Shown: positions 1 through 12,897, counted from the first letter of the whole stretch. The stretch is DNA of 63,959 bases, filler included, from Lama guanicoe (GCA_013239625.1; 76 parts of 76 records of this genome joined end to end with filler, not necessarily neighbours in it); one strand, 5' to 3'. A program made the numbers and translations. Notes: generated from the letters alone by a model not told the origin.

Positions 1-492
1 ATTCAATATTAGGCATTCCGTATTCTACATTCCATATTCTGTTTTCTACTTTCTATTTTCTATATTCGAAATTAAGTATTCTGTATTCTATATTCTATAT
101 TCTTTGTTCTACATTCCATGTGCTAAATTCTGGGTTCTATATTCACTAATCTATATTCTAAATACTGTGTTCTACATTCTACATTCTAAATTCAATATTC
201 AGTATTCTTTATTCTATATGCTAAATTCTGTGTTCAACATTCTATATTTGAAATTCTATATTCAGTATTCTGTTTTCTATATTCTAAATTCTATGTTCAT
301 TCTACATTCCATGTTCTCAATTCTGGGTTTTGTATTCTGTTTTCCATATTCTATATTCTGTGTTCTATATTCTAACTTCTGTATTCTATATTCTGCATTC
401 CGTACTCTACATTCTATATTCATTGTTCTACAGTGTATATTCAAAATTGTATATTCAGTATTCTGTATTCGATATTCTAAATTCTGTGTTCT
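1..492 (-). repeat. Heptamer-based satellite, (TATTCTA)n orientation
   Basis: Degenerate tattcta/tattctg/cattcta/aattctg units with recurring ctaaattctgtgttct and cattccatg motifs. Confidence 0.95.
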
Positions 493-592
493 NNNNNNNN
501 NNNNNNNNNNNNNNNNNNNNNNNNNNNNNNNNNNNNTTAATTAATTAANNNNNNNNNNNNNNNNNNNNNNNNNNNNNNNNNNNNNNNNNNNN
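493..592. other. Artificial scaffold linker N44-TTAATTAATTAA-N44 (first of about 75 copies; last core at ~63808)
   Basis: Invariant 100-bp structure with a palindromic 12-mer giving stops in all frames; the sequence on either side is unrelated each time. Confidence 0.98.
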
Positions 593-759
593 GACTTGAG
601 CACTGAGCATGCACCCTACACCATGCTAGACCCCTGAGGCTCCAAAACAGTGAGCAAATGAATGTGGCTTGAGAAGCAGGTTTGAATTGAATAGTCCCAC
701 AAAAGTGAAAGAGACAGAAGGGGTGGTGGAGCCATACCTCCCCAGTTTGTCTCCCGGCT

Positions 760-950
760 CCATCACTCAGCAGCTGTGTGACTATAGCCAAGTCCCTCAA
801 CCTCTGGGTGCCTTGGCCTCTTCAACTGTAAAATGGGGATAATATTGGGGCTTATCTTATCATGGTGTTGAGGATGAGATGATTTAATACTTATAATACA
901 CTTGGGACAGTGTCTGGTATGTGGTAAGCTCAACATATGGGTGCTTGTTA
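760..950 (+). mobile_element. MIR SINE fragment
   Basis: agctgtgtgac...aagtccctcaacctctg..cctt..cctcttcaactgtaaaatggggataata matches the MIR core as I recall it. Confidence 0.8.
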
Positions 951-1294
951 AATAAATACAAATATAAAAATTGCAGCGGTAAGAAACAGAATACATAGCA
1001 TAATAGGAGGATTCAACCCAATCAGGAAAGTCAGGAAAGGCTTGAGCTGAAATGCAAAGGAAGGGGAGACATTAATTAAAGGAAACACTAAAGCAGAGAG
1101 GTCATGGCCAAGAAAGCAGCATGTGCAAAGGCCATGCGGCTGCAAGAAGCATTTTAAGGGTAAGGCACTAGACAAAAGGCCAACGAGGTAGAAGCATAGT
1201 GCAGGCAAAGGATGAAGAAGTTGGCAGGACCAGTCCACGGAAAACTCTGTAGGCCACTGTCAAGAGTTTGGACTATAAAAATTTCCCATGTGTT

Positions 1295-1350
1295 GGGGGG
1301 AGGGGAACAGCTCAGTGGAAGAGCACATGCTTAGTATGCATGATATCCTG
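1295..1350 (+). mobile_element. Truncated tRNA(Ala)-derived SINE head (camelid Vic-1-like)
   Basis: gggggaggggaacagctcagtggaagagcacatgcttagtatgcatga has an A-box and tRNA-Ala-like 5' half; it stops before the B-box. Confidence 0.7.
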
Positions 1351-1633
1351 CGCATCAGTTGGAATCCCACAGGAAGCAGATGGCAATTAAGGAGAGTTTC
1401 ACTTTTTTTAAGTTGAGCGGGATAGTGGTGTCCCCCCAGGGACAGCATCCGTGGGGGCACCAGAAGGGACAAGGCGAGAAGGGGAACAGGTCCTGGGAAG
1501 GGGAGGAAGAGGGGCTACTGGCAGCAGCTGTGANNNNNNNNNNNNNNNNNNNNNNNNNNNNNNNNNNNNNNNNNNNNTTAATTAATTAANNNNNNNNNNN
1601 NNNNNNNNNNNNNNNNNNNNNNNNNNNNNNNNN

Positions 1634-2184
1634 TAGGAAAATTACTGAGAAACCACAGTAAATTTTTACCCTGCAATCTATTCACTTTGTCCTGGATGAA
1701 TGAACGTATTTACACATGATCAATTCTTAGAGAAAAGTGTGTGTGAAATCCACTTTCACCTTGCTCGAAGGGAGCACAGATTTTTATTTCAGTTCCATCC
1801 CAATTATATACATATACATTGGTAAGTTCGACCTCCAAACCGGTTTAACAGTAAAAAATGGAAGAAATTCAAACCAGCACAAGGAAACAGACTGAGAACC
1901 CAGAGGAAGTGTCTCACTTTCAACCCATTCTTTTAGTGCTGAGCTGAAACAACGAATGTCTCTCAACATACTAAGTTCTGAGACATAAGTGCTTGTGAAA
2001 GCTGTCCTTCATCTAGCTTGAAGAGAACACAAAGTTTCTTTTTAGTTGCTAAAACAATACATACATATATAAAGGGTGGTAAAAGTCCAACTCAGTTTTA
2101 CAGGGAAAATTGCAGGAAATTAATACCGGCACAAAGAAATAGACTGAGAAACCAAAGTAATATTTTCTTCTGCAACCCGTTCCC
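1634..2184 (+). repeat. ~250-bp AT-rich satellite, family B (diverged monomers)
   Basis: aggaaa.a.actgagaa.cc recurs at ~1635, ~1882 and ~2135; same family as 40558-41420 and 31287-31750. Confidence 0.85.
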
Positions 2185-2743
2185 NNNNNNNNNNNNNNNN
2201 NNNNNNNNNNNNNNNNNNNNNNNNNNNNTTAATTAATTAANNNNNNNNNNNNNNNNNNNNNNNNNNNNNNNNNNNNNNNNNNNNGACTCAAGTGAAAGAC
2301 GATCCACATAAGCTGTGTCTTTAATGTCATTGATGAATTTACAGTAGAGTTCACTTTCTGACTTGTTCTATTTACCTATACTGTCTTGAAAAACTGAGGC
2401 CTAATACAGATTCAAGTTCAGTCAAAGATTCCCCTCACTTACCACACTCCCTTCACCCAGGGAAGACATAAACACCACATTTGCTGAATCTAGCGGAAGG
2501 CCATCGTTTCTAGGTTTGAGCTAAGTATTAATTCCTATCTAGCCGAGACTTTTTGACCTTTAAGGAGTTCACTGTTGTTCACAGAGTGTGAAGCTGGAGG
2601 AACTCTGATTCTAGGAGGGGCTTGCTCTTCTCGTAATGGCTTCATTGCAGCTCAGGTACTGATCCTTAAAAATGGATGCCTTAGGTGAGGGTCGGGAAAG
2701 GCAAGTGCTTGCTAGCTAGGCAGAAACCTGGGAAAAGGCTTAC

Positions 2744-3133
2744 CTGGGCTTGGTGAATTTTGGTCTGAATGGCTTGGGAAGGCCCCTTGGGACGTGTGGA
2801 TTCTCACGACCTCTTCCAAGAACAGGAGCGTTTTGATCATCTCTGCCATCTCTTCTCTTGCAGACGTCAGGGACCTTGGACCCGATGGAGCAGAGAATTG
2901 AGGAACTTCCCCAAGTCCACGTTGGCACTCCGTATGTTTCTGCCAGTATCAGCGAGGTTCAATATGTCTCATGAATGTCTTTCGAGTCTGGTATCCTCTA
3001 CAGCAGTCTCCAGGCCAGCATTCTCCATTGTAGCAGAACATCTCTCATCAGTGCGTTCGCATCTCTCCTCAATCCTTGCAGCCAGATTTCGGCCAGCTTC
3101 TCTTCGTGTCTCCCATAAAGTCGACTTTGCCAT
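2744..3133 (-). pseudogene. Unidentified multicopy exon-like sequence, 130 codons from ATG to splice donor, with four in-frame TGA
   Basis: Minus strand shows ctttcag acceptor-like site, gcccagccATGG Kozak and CAG|GTAAG donor at 2744/2743; paralog at 61172-61660. Confidence 0.45.
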
Positions 3134-3282
3134 GGCTGGGCAAGTCTGAAAGGACCTCGGAGCCTCACCAGTAAGCTGATGANNNNNNNNNNNNNNNNNN
3201 NNNNNNNNNNNNNNNNNNNNNNNNNNTTAATTAATTAANNNNNNNNNNNNNNNNNNNNNNNNNNNNNNNNNNNNNNNNNNNN

Positions 3283-3670
3283 TTCACTCTGGGAGCTGCC
3301 TCTGCCTGGAATGTTCTCCCCATGGCCAACCAATTCTCCTCGTCAAGCTCTCAAGTTAAAAACCATCTCCACAGAGAACCTTCTCTGTCCTATCGGAATC
3401 TTTCTATGTAGTATCTACCTGGGCCCTACACCTCAATCTTGACCCATCACCCCATTTCTCTATTTTTACAACACTGCTCATAAATTATCTTGTTTACTTT
3501 TTTGCTTTTTATTTGTTTTCCCTTATCTCCACTCCCAAACTACAGTATGTGCTCCACAAAAGTAGAGACTGTCTTACTTACCACTCTATCTCTATTATCT
3601 GTTGTATCTCTAGTACCTAAAAACAGTGTTTGGCACATGCCAGGAGCTCAAAAAATACTGGTTAAATGAC
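3283..3670 (+). mobile_element. L2 LINE 3' end
   Basis: ctagtacctaaaaacagtgtttggcacatgccaggagctcaaaaaatactggttaaatga resembles the L2 terminus. Confidence 0.7.
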
Positions 3671-3840
3671 AAACAAGTCACCTGTAAAAAGAACCACATA
3701 AATAAAAGATACAATCATTGTAAATTCAGATCTCAAATTTNNNNNNNNNNNNNNNNNNNNNNNNNNNNNNNNNNNNNNNNNNNNTTAATTAATTAANNNN
3801 NNNNNNNNNNNNNNNNNNNNNNNNNNNNNNNNNNNNNNNN

Positions 3841-4290
3841 AAGCCTTTGATCAGATGTAGGATTTTCAAGTATTTCCTCCTGTTCAGGACCTTGCCTTCT
3901 TACCTTCTTGACGGTGTCTTTTGAAGAGTAGAAGTTTTTAATATTGATGAAGTTCAGTTAATCTATTTCTGTCTTTTACTGTCCTAAGAAACAAGTGCCA
4001 GATCCAGTCATGAAGACACACGCCTGTGTTTTCTTCTGAGAATTTTGTAGTTTTAGCTCTTTCATTTTGAGTTAATTTTATATATATTGTCCGAGGTAGA
4101 GGTCGAATTTTGTTCTTTTGCATGTGGATATCCAGTTGTCCCTGTACCATTTGTTAAAAAGACTATTATTGTCTCATTCAGTTATTTGACACTCGTATTG
4201 AAAATCAATTGACCGTAAATGTGAGGGTTTCTTTCAGATTCTCAGTGGTGATGCATTGATCTATGTCTGTCCCATGCCAGTACCAATTCA
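3841..4290 (-). mobile_element. Old L1 ORF2 fragment
   Basis: Minus-strand translation contains degenerate L1 ORF2 C-terminal peptides with frameshifts. Confidence 0.85.
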
Positions 4291-4895
4291 GATGTTATGA
4301 GAACTCTTTCCGAGTCTTCTTGCATATTACCAGTTGTTTTACATAATAATAAAAAGTCAGTGTCGCGGAATGTCTGTAACTCCACTTCTGTGGAGATCTG
4401 CTGCGTCCTGAAGGGGCAAGGGGCCTGTGCTTATGCCTTGCTGACTCTGTGACATGACAGAAAGTAGGCTTGCAAAGGTAAAGTCCATTCTTTCCCCCCA
4501 TTCAGACCTTTAGGATCTCACCCAGTGCCTCCCACTTCACTCCAGTTTCCATCAAATCATGGTCAGGGGATCTGCTGACTCAGTCTGCAATACAGTTCAT
4601 TATGTTGCATTCATTATAATTCATAGACTCATCCATAGATTTCACTACCTAGAGGCAAAAGATTAAGCCTGGAGAAGATTAATTCAACCTTCCTCTTTGG
4701 AAGCCTCTCTAATCCGTCATCTTGTGGTTCACAATGAAGTCCTCTTTCGGCTTGGTTCCTGTGTGTAACACTGGTGCCGATCTTGTTCTTGGTGTNNNNN
4801 NNNNNNNNNNNNNNNNNNNNNNNNNNNNNNNNNNNNNNNTTAATTAATTAANNNNNNNNNNNNNNNNNNNNNNNNNNNNNNNNNNNNNNNNNNNN

Positions 4896-5106
4896 TTTCT
4901 CAGAAAAAAGTATAAACTATTTCACACTTGTGCAATTTGGCTACAATTTTTGTGGCCTGTGGACAGCAGGAGTTTGGTGTTCTAGTCCAAAGCCCAGATT
5001 ACATGCAAAGAAATGTATACATTCATATCCAAAGGAAACCAGAGCTGCTCAAAAACAGTTTGCAGTTAGAATTGAAAGGAAATTTGATAAAGGCAATCTC
5101 TCTCTC
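4896..5106 (+). repeat. Diverged family B satellite fragment
   Basis: ggaaaccagag and aaaacagtttgcagttagaattg echo the family B monomer (aaccggtttaacagtaaaaa). Confidence 0.4.
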
Positions 5107-6147
5107 NNNNNNNNNNNNNNNNNNNNNNNNNNNNNNNNNNNNNNNNNNNNNNNNNNNNNNNNNNNNNNNNNNNNNNNNNNNNNNNNNNNNNNNNNNNNNN
5201 NNNNNNNNNNNNNNNNNNNNNNNNNNNNNNNNNNNNNNNNNNNNNNNNNNNNNNNNNNNNNNNNNNNNNNNNNNNNNNNNNNNNNNNNNNNNNNNNNNNN
5301 NNNNNNNNNNNNNNNNNNNNNNNNNNNNNNNNNNNNNNNNNNNNNNNNNNNNNNNNNNNNNNNNNNNNNNNNNNNNNNNNNNNNNNNNNNNNNNNNNNNN
5401 NNNNNNNNNNNNNNNNNNNNNNNNNNNNNNNNNNNNNNNNNNNNNNNNNNNNNNNNNNNNNNNNNNNNNNNNNNNNNNNNNNNNNNNNNNNNNNNNNNNN
5501 NNNNNNNNNNNAGCACAGCTACATCCGGTGGAAGAAAGCCAATGAAGGGATAACTGGACAGTTTCCCTTCAGAAGCGGCTAAGTCTGACTTTGCACCTGT
5601 ACGTCATTTACGACCATGTCATCGTCAAAGGAGTAAGATCTTACCTCTGTGGGACGAAAAGCACTGCGGTGCTTCAGAAGCATCAAAGAACGCTGAGCTT
5701 TGTGAAACAGTCCTGAGACACTTAAATCGCACTTTTTCTGAAAGGCTCCAAAACTGACCCACTTCACCATTCCAGGTATAACAGGGAGGTACCGGAATTA
5801 GTAGAGAAAACTTGCCCTTGAAGTCTGACAAGGCCCTGCTTGAATCCTGCTAGAGCATTTACTAGCCACTAAACGGACCAATTCCTTAACCCCTGTGAGA
5901 AGGCTTCCCAATCTGCAAAACAGGGCTGCCACTGCCCACCTGGGAGGCATGGATGTGAATGAAACATGCAAGTAGGGCAGCCGACTGGTACCTGACATGG
6001 GGCCTGGCTAGTTTCCCTCCGCTGATCTTCTCCCCCTTTAAACTTGCNNNNNNNNNNNNNNNNNNNNNNNNNNNNNNNNNNNNNNNNNNNNTTAATTAAT
6101 TAANNNNNNNNNNNNNNNNNNNNNNNNNNNNNNNNNNNNNNNNNNNN

Positions 6148-6336
6148 CCTAATGAAACTTACAAGCTTCTGCAGAGCAAAGGAACCAGAAATAAAAGAAG
6201 AAGAAAACCTATGGAATGGGACAAAATTTTTGCCAGTGAAACCGACAAAGGCTTGATCTCCAAAATATATAAGCAGCTCATATGACTCAATAAGAAAAAT
6301 ATAAACAACCCAATCCAAAAATGGGCAGAAGATCTC
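6148..6336 (+). mobile_element. Young L1 ORF2 fragment
   Basis: Closely matches 44752-44940 (cctaatgaaacttacaagcttctgcagagc...aaaatgggcagaaga). Confidence 0.92.
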
Positions 6337-6399
6337 CTAGATTCTTGATGTGTAAAGTTTAGAAGTGTGAATCTTTGTATTTCTTTTATTATTAAATAT

Positions 6400-7060
6400 T
6401 ATATAATTATTTATTTATTTACATATTTATTCATTTATTTATCTTTGAAATATGCCATTTACAATGTGTCAATCTGTGATGTATAGCATATTGTCCCCGT
6501 ACATCCATATATTTCTGTGCGTATAAAATTTTCCTTCACGATATTTAACATACTGCCATGTGTCATACAAAAGAAATTTTGATAACATCTATTTTTATAT
6601 ATACTGTATAATATTTATAATTCTACAGCTCCCAAATATATCCTCTCGCAGCCCCTTTCCACAGTAATCATAAAATTGTTTAGTAGATCTGCGAGTGTGT
6701 TTCAGTTTTGTTGATGAAATCATTGTGTTCCCATCCAAATTTTTTTTAAGGTTCCTTCATATGAAATATCATGTATTATATTTCTTTCTAATATCATGTA
6801 TTATATTTCTTTCTGTTTCTGGCTTACTTCATTTAGAATGACACTTTTTGGGGACATCCATTTTGCTGCAAATCTCATTGTTTTATCATTTTTTATTGCA
6901 GAATATTATTCCATTGTGTAAATACAGCGTAACATCTGTATACTGTCATCTGTTGTTGTACAATTTGGTTGCTTCCATGTTGTGGCTGTTGTATACAGCA
7001 CTGCTAAGGATATTGTGGTGCAGGTGTCTTTTTGAAATAGGGTTCCCTTTGATATGTACC
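6400..7060 (-). mobile_element. L1 3' end/3'UTR, diverged
   Basis: tttatttatttatt tail remnant, ggcttacttcatttagaatgac, catccattttgctgcaaat. Confidence 0.8.
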
Positions 7061-7160
7061 NNNNNNNNNNNNNNNNNNNNNNNNNNNNNNNNNNNNNNNN
7101 NNNNTTAATTAATTAANNNNNNNNNNNNNNNNNNNNNNNNNNNNNNNNNNNNNNNNNNNN

Positions 7161-7740
7161 GACAGGTTAACTGTCCAACTGCGGCACATCCACACCATGG
7201 AAAACCACTGAGAAAGAAGAGGAAACAAACAGGCTGAGCACACACAGCAACGTGAATAGATCTCATGCTTTTGTTAATCACACGCAGTGAAGAAAACCTC
7301 AAGGGTTACCTCTATATAATGCCATTCATATAACAGTATTAAAATAACAAAACTGCAGTGACAGAAGAACAGGTAAGTGATGTCAGGGGTTACTGAGTAA
7401 CGGAGGGGACGGGCGTGGCTACAAACCGGCAGCCTGAGGGAGCCTGTGGTTATGAAACAGCTGTGCGTCTTGATTGCGGTAATGAATCCATACGTGAGCT
7501 GCACAAGCACACATGGACTCACACATGTGTAAAACTGCATAGAAACACGCACACACACACATGACTGTATGTAGAACTGTGGAAATCTAAACAAGCTTTG
7601 TGGGTTGTACCGACATTAATTTCCTGGTTTGCATACTGCTGGAGGAGACTGGGTGAAAGGTACACAAGAGCTCCCTGTGCAGTTTTTGAAAACTTCTATG
7701 AATCTATAATTATTTCAAATTTAAAATGTTTTTAAATTAC
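7161..7740 (+). mobile_element. Ancient L1M 3' end
   Basis: ggagactgggtgaaaggtacacaagagctccctgtgc...gaatctataattatttcaaat is typical of old L1M termini. Confidence 0.7.
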
Positions 7741-8483
7741 ACAAAATTGTCATCAAACTCACAATCACGGATCATCTCCTTGGGCTCAGCCCCTTGGTTC
7801 TTCCAGTGTCTATGCCACAAAGAACTCCTGCCCTAATCTTGCAGTTACCTTTTCCAAAACACATTCAACAGAGAAAAGCTACTTTTTTAATGTGACTTGT
7901 AAGAGTCAGAGTTTGCTAAGTACAGCTAGACTAAATCAAATCAGCGATGAGAAAACGGATGCAAGTTACTGTAACGATTTTTAGATCCCTAGTAAATGAT
8001 CAAATTTTATAAGAAAAAGTCAAAGAACAGCAAACCCNNNNNNNNNNNNNNNNNNNNNNNNNNNNNNNNNNNNNNNNNNNNTTAATTAATTAANNNNNNN
8101 NNNNNNNNNNNNNNNNNNNNNNNNNNNNNNNNNNNNNTAAAAACTACTTTAGCAAATTTCAAATAAAAATTTTGTATCTGTCTTACGATAGAGACGTAGA
8201 AAACACACACATTGTCATTGTTTATTTTACTTGTCCACAATTTCCTTAAAACACAATTTCTGTTATTAATTTTAACTATCCACCAGTTTGGATTATTTAA
8301 GCAACATGTCTGTGGTCAGCAGCTTTACTAATTCCTTGCTTTACTGAGAATAGTTTTTATTACTTTGAAAACAATTAGTGCTTTGACTGAATAGGGAGTA
8401 AATTATTATTCGGTAACAACATTTTTTTTATCCTAAATATTATTCTCCATTCTTTTATTGAGTATAAATATGTGTGTTTGCTT

Positions 8484-8503
8484 GTGTGTGTGTGTGTGTG
8501 TGT
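8484..8503. repeat. (TG)n microsatellite
   Basis: About 10 TG units. Confidence 0.9.
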
Positions 8504-9442
8504 GGTAGAAAAGGAATGGAGTGGTAAGAATTTTGAAAGAATTAATAGCATCATTTTATTTATACATACCTTTTCTACATTTCATAGACACTCACATATT
8601 CAGATATATGTAAACACATGCATAAAAAGAAACTGGAAGCTGCTAAGCTACAAAGCAAAGGTCAATAAGATATTTCATTTTCAATGAAGTTTTCATCTCT
8701 TTTAGCCTACCAGTCCCATCCTTGGTAAATTATAAACTTCTCAGATGTATAAATTATATTTTTTTTGCTACATATCACATGATTCTCATATATTAAAATA
8801 AACATGATTCTCATATATTAAAATAGTCTATGCATGCATCCACACATATGTAAACATACATAAAGATATATATTTTATAGTGCAATGTTTATGTGGAAAA
8901 AGTGACACACCTGGAAAACAAGAGATGAATGTCCTCAATATATAAAATGATTTGGGAAATAGTTAAACATCTGTGCCAAATGGAGCATGAGACAAGGAGC
9001 TAGAGAACTGGATCCTACTTCTGGCAGGAGTTTTTATAAAGTTCATTTTCTTTATTTTTTTTNNNNNNNNNNNNNNNNNNNNNNNNNNNNNNNNNNNNNN
9101 NNNNNNTTAATTAATTAANNNNNNNNNNNNNNNNNNNNNNNNNNNNNNNNNNNNNNNNNNNNTGACTTGGTGATAATGATTTTCTCATTTTATGCAGCTT
9201 CCTCCAGCTCTACACCACAATGTGAAAAGAAGGGTTATAGAGAGATTTAAGAAAAACCTCTTCAGCCAGCAGAGTAAACTTTGCAACTTGAAATCTGAAA
9301 TTAAAAAGGTATGGTGCTCTACATACAGGAATTCTTCTTTGGCTACCAAACAAAAACACATCATAGGAATTAATTTGTCTGCCTCCTGAGCTTTCATCAT
9401 CTACTTAAGGTCTGCCCACTATGAAAGGGCATTGTCCATGGT

Positions 9443-9815
9443 TGTCTTAGTCCATTTGGGCTGCTATACTAAAAATACCATAAGATGATGTGTTTAGAAA
9501 CAGCAGAAACTTTTTGCTAACATTTCTGGAAACTAGAAGCCCAAGATCAGGGTGCCAGCATGGTCGGGTCTGGCGTGGACCCGCTTCTGGGTTGCAGACT
9601 GCTGACTTCTTACTAGTCCTTACATGGAAGAGGAGGCAAGGGAGCTCTCCCAGGCCTCCTTTTATGGGTATTTTTAAAAATAGGACCACTTATACAAGAC
9701 TTTATCCTTCTGGCCCAATTTACCTCCCAAAGGGCCCACCTCCCAAAACCATCACCTCAGGGGTTAGGTTTCAATATACAACTTCGTGGAGGACACAAAC
9801 ATTCAGACTGTATCA
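9443..9815. mobile_element. MLT1-type (ERVL-MaLR) solo LTR
   Basis: tgtcttagtccatttgggctgctat...aagcccaagatcagggtgccagcatggtc...ggacacaaacattcagac, about 370 bp. Confidence 0.85.
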
Positions 9816-10672
9816 TTGCTTAAGATAGTAAATCAAGACTATGCCTTTTCCTCTAATTTTCTCACCTTCATTTCTGAAGCCATCCGTCTCAGAAGAGTAA
9901 TAGAAATGTCTTTAAATATGATTGCATGTTTTCCTAAAAAATGTTATTAAATATCTCNNNNNNNNNNNNNNNNNNNNNNNNNNNNNNNNNNNNNNNNNNN
10001 NTTAATTAATTAANNNNNNNNNNNNNNNNNNNNNNNNNNNNNNNNNNNNNNNNNNNNGTCAAAACTCAGGGAACTCAATACACTTTTCACCTTTAAGGTC
10101 CTCCAGTTGCCGCTTTTAGCTGTTGTATAAAATCCCGGCTCACTGGTTCTAACACTAGAAGAAAAGCCCGATTTTGCTATTGTTTGCACAGCAAGTCTGA
10201 AATGTTCACAGTGAGATGACAGAATAAATCTAAGATATAAGCAGAATAACTTTTCCAGTTAGACAGACATAATGGACATTGGGCTATTCTGAAGCATTAA
10301 GTAAAGTAAAAAATAACGTTGTTTAAGCCTTCTTTTACAAACAGGAAAGTTAAGACTATAAGAAGGTGCAACAGTGCCACCTATGGCTAAAATGACCTTC
10401 CAGGTTGCCGGGAAAGATGCAACACAAAAATTGCCTGTAGGATCAGTAACGAGAATCAGATAAATAAAAGCTTAGGTAGCACATGCTGCACCTTGATTCG
10501 GGGGAAGGGAGGGATATTCAGTGTTTAATCTGATATTGCTAATACTCCTGAATATAAACAGAAGACATAGGCNNNNNNNNNNNNNNNNNNNNNNNNNNNN
10601 NNNNNNNNNNNNNNNNTTAATTAATTAANNNNNNNNNNNNNNNNNNNNNNNNNNNNNNNNNNNNNNNNNNNN

Positions 10673-12321
10673 AATACAGAACGCAGAATTGAGAGCATGG
10701 AATTCAGAACACAGAATATCGCATATAGAATAAAGAAATAGAATGTGGAATATGGAATTTAGAACACAGAATATAGAATATAGAATACAGAATACAGAAT
10801 ATCAAATATAGAATATGGAACGTAGAACACACAATATAGAATATAGAATACAGAATACAGAACGCAGAATTTAGAACATGTAATTCATAGCACAGAATAT
10901 AGAATATAGAATACAGAAATAGAATGTGAAATTTTGAATTAAGAACACAGAATATAAAATATTGAATCAGAATACAGAATATAGAATGTAGAATAAAGAA
11001 TGAAGAACCCAGAATTTAGAACATGGAATGCAGAACACAATTTAGAATATAGAATACAGAATACAGAATACAGAAAAATACAGAATACAGAAGGTACAAT
11101 ACAGAATATAGAAAACACAATATAGAATTTAGAATACATAATAGAGAATTTAGAATTTAGAATACAGAATGCAGAAACCAGAATTGAGAAAATGGAATGC
11201 AGAACACAATTTAGAATATAGAATACAGAATACAGAATATAGAATGTCGTATACAGAATGTAGAACACAGAATATAGAATACAGAATACAGAACACAGAA
11301 TTTAGAACATGGAATGCAGAACACAGAACATAGAATATAGAATACAGTGTATAGAATGTAGAATATAGAATGTAGAACACAGAATATAGAATATAGAATA
11401 CTGAATAGAGAACGAAGAATTAAGAGCATGAAATTCAGAACACAGACTATCGAATATAGAATACAGAAATAGAATGTGTAGTATAGAATGTAGAACNNNN
11501 NNNNNNNNNNNNNNNNNNNNNNNNNNNNNNNNNNNNNNNNTTAATTAATTAANNNNNNNNNNNNNNNNNNNNNNNNNNNNNNNNNNNNNNNNNNNNATAT
11601 AGAATGCAGAATACAGAACCCAGAATTTAGAACATGGAATGAAGTAAAATGCAAAACACAGAATACAGAATATAGAATAAAAAACATATAGCCCAAAATT
11701 TAGAACATTGATTTCAGAACTCAAAATTTAGAATATAGAATACAGAAAATATAATGTAGAATACAGAAGTTACAACAAAGTATATGGAATATAAAATACA
11801 GAATGCAGAACCCAGAATTTAGAATTTGGAATGCAGAAGCCAGAATTTAGAATATAGAATACAGAATAGAGAATATAGAAAATAGATTACAGAATTTAGA
11901 ATACAGAATATAGAATATAGAATAAAGAATACAGAATATTGAATGTAGAATATACAATGTAGAACTCAGAATATAGAATATAGAATGCAGAATACAGAAC
12001 ACAGAATTTAGAACATCGAATTCAGAACACAGAATTTAGAATAGAGGTTACAGAATATAAAATGTAGAATATAGAAATTAGAACACAGAATATAGAATAT
12101 AGAATACAGAATATAGAACCCATAATATAATCATGAAATTCAGAAAACAGAATATAGTATATAGAATGCAGAAATAGAATGTGGAAAATAGAATGTAGAA
12201 CGCAGAATATAGAATAAAGAATACGGAATATAGAATGTAGACTAGAGAATGACTACAGAATGTAGAACTCAAAATTTGAATACAGAATACAGATTACAGT
12301 ACACAGAATTTAGATATGGAA
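10673..12321 (+). repeat. Heptamer satellite (AGAATAT)n, two scaffolds
   Basis: agaatat/agaatac/agaacac/agaattt units with periodic catggaatgcag. Confidence 0.95.
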
Positions 12322-12421
12322 NNNNNNNNNNNNNNNNNNNNNNNNNNNNNNNNNNNNNNNNNNNNTTAATTAATTAANNNNNNNNNNNNNNNNNNNNNNN
12401 NNNNNNNNNNNNNNNNNNNNN

Positions 12422-12665
12422 ATTTGCATAATGTATCTGATAATGAACTGCCACCCACAACATTTTTTAAGAGCATCTTAAAACTCCACCATAAGAAAAG
12501 AAACAACCCAGGGAAAAATGGATCAAATATTTTAACAGATACTTCACCAAAGAACATATACAGGTGGCAAATAAGCATATGAAAAGATCTTCCATATCAC
12601 ATGTTATCAGAGAACTGAAGGTTAAACCAAAAATGAGATACCACCACAGATCTCTTAGAATAGCC
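12422..12665 (+). mobile_element. Old L1 ORF2 fragment
   Basis: Translates to ANKHMKRSSISHVIRELKVKPKMRYH, the L1 ORF2 C-terminal region. Confidence 0.8.
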
Positions 12666-12670
12666 TATAT

Positions 12671-12754
12671 TCCTTCCTCCTTCCTTCCTTTTCCTTCTTT
12701 CTTTCCTTTCTCTTTCTTCCTTCCTTCTTTTCTCTCTTCCTTCCTTCCTTTCTC

Positions 12755-12816
<62 letters not shown>

Positions 12817-12897
12817 TTCCTTCCTTCACCTTCCTTCCTTCCTTCCTTCCTTCCTTCCTTTCTTTCTTCCTTTATTTCTCTCTCTCTTTCTTTCTCT
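12671..12897. repeat. (CTTT)n/(CCTT)n polypyrimidine microsatellite
   Basis: Directly visible. Confidence 0.97.

Noticed and set aside
104..544. Hydrophobic YSIF/ILYS-repeat ORFs here and at 10939-12272, 42740-43233, 54909-55542 and elsewhere
   Set aside because: Translations of the heptamer satellite, open in several frames and without gene structure.
1295..1350. Functional tRNA-Ala gene
   Set aside because: No T-arm/B-box or 3' acceptor stem; fits a truncated SINE.
2769..3149. 126-aa plus-strand ORF as the real gene
   Set aside because: Kozak and splice signals are on the minus strand and the peptide has no recognisable features; not excluded, but unsupported.
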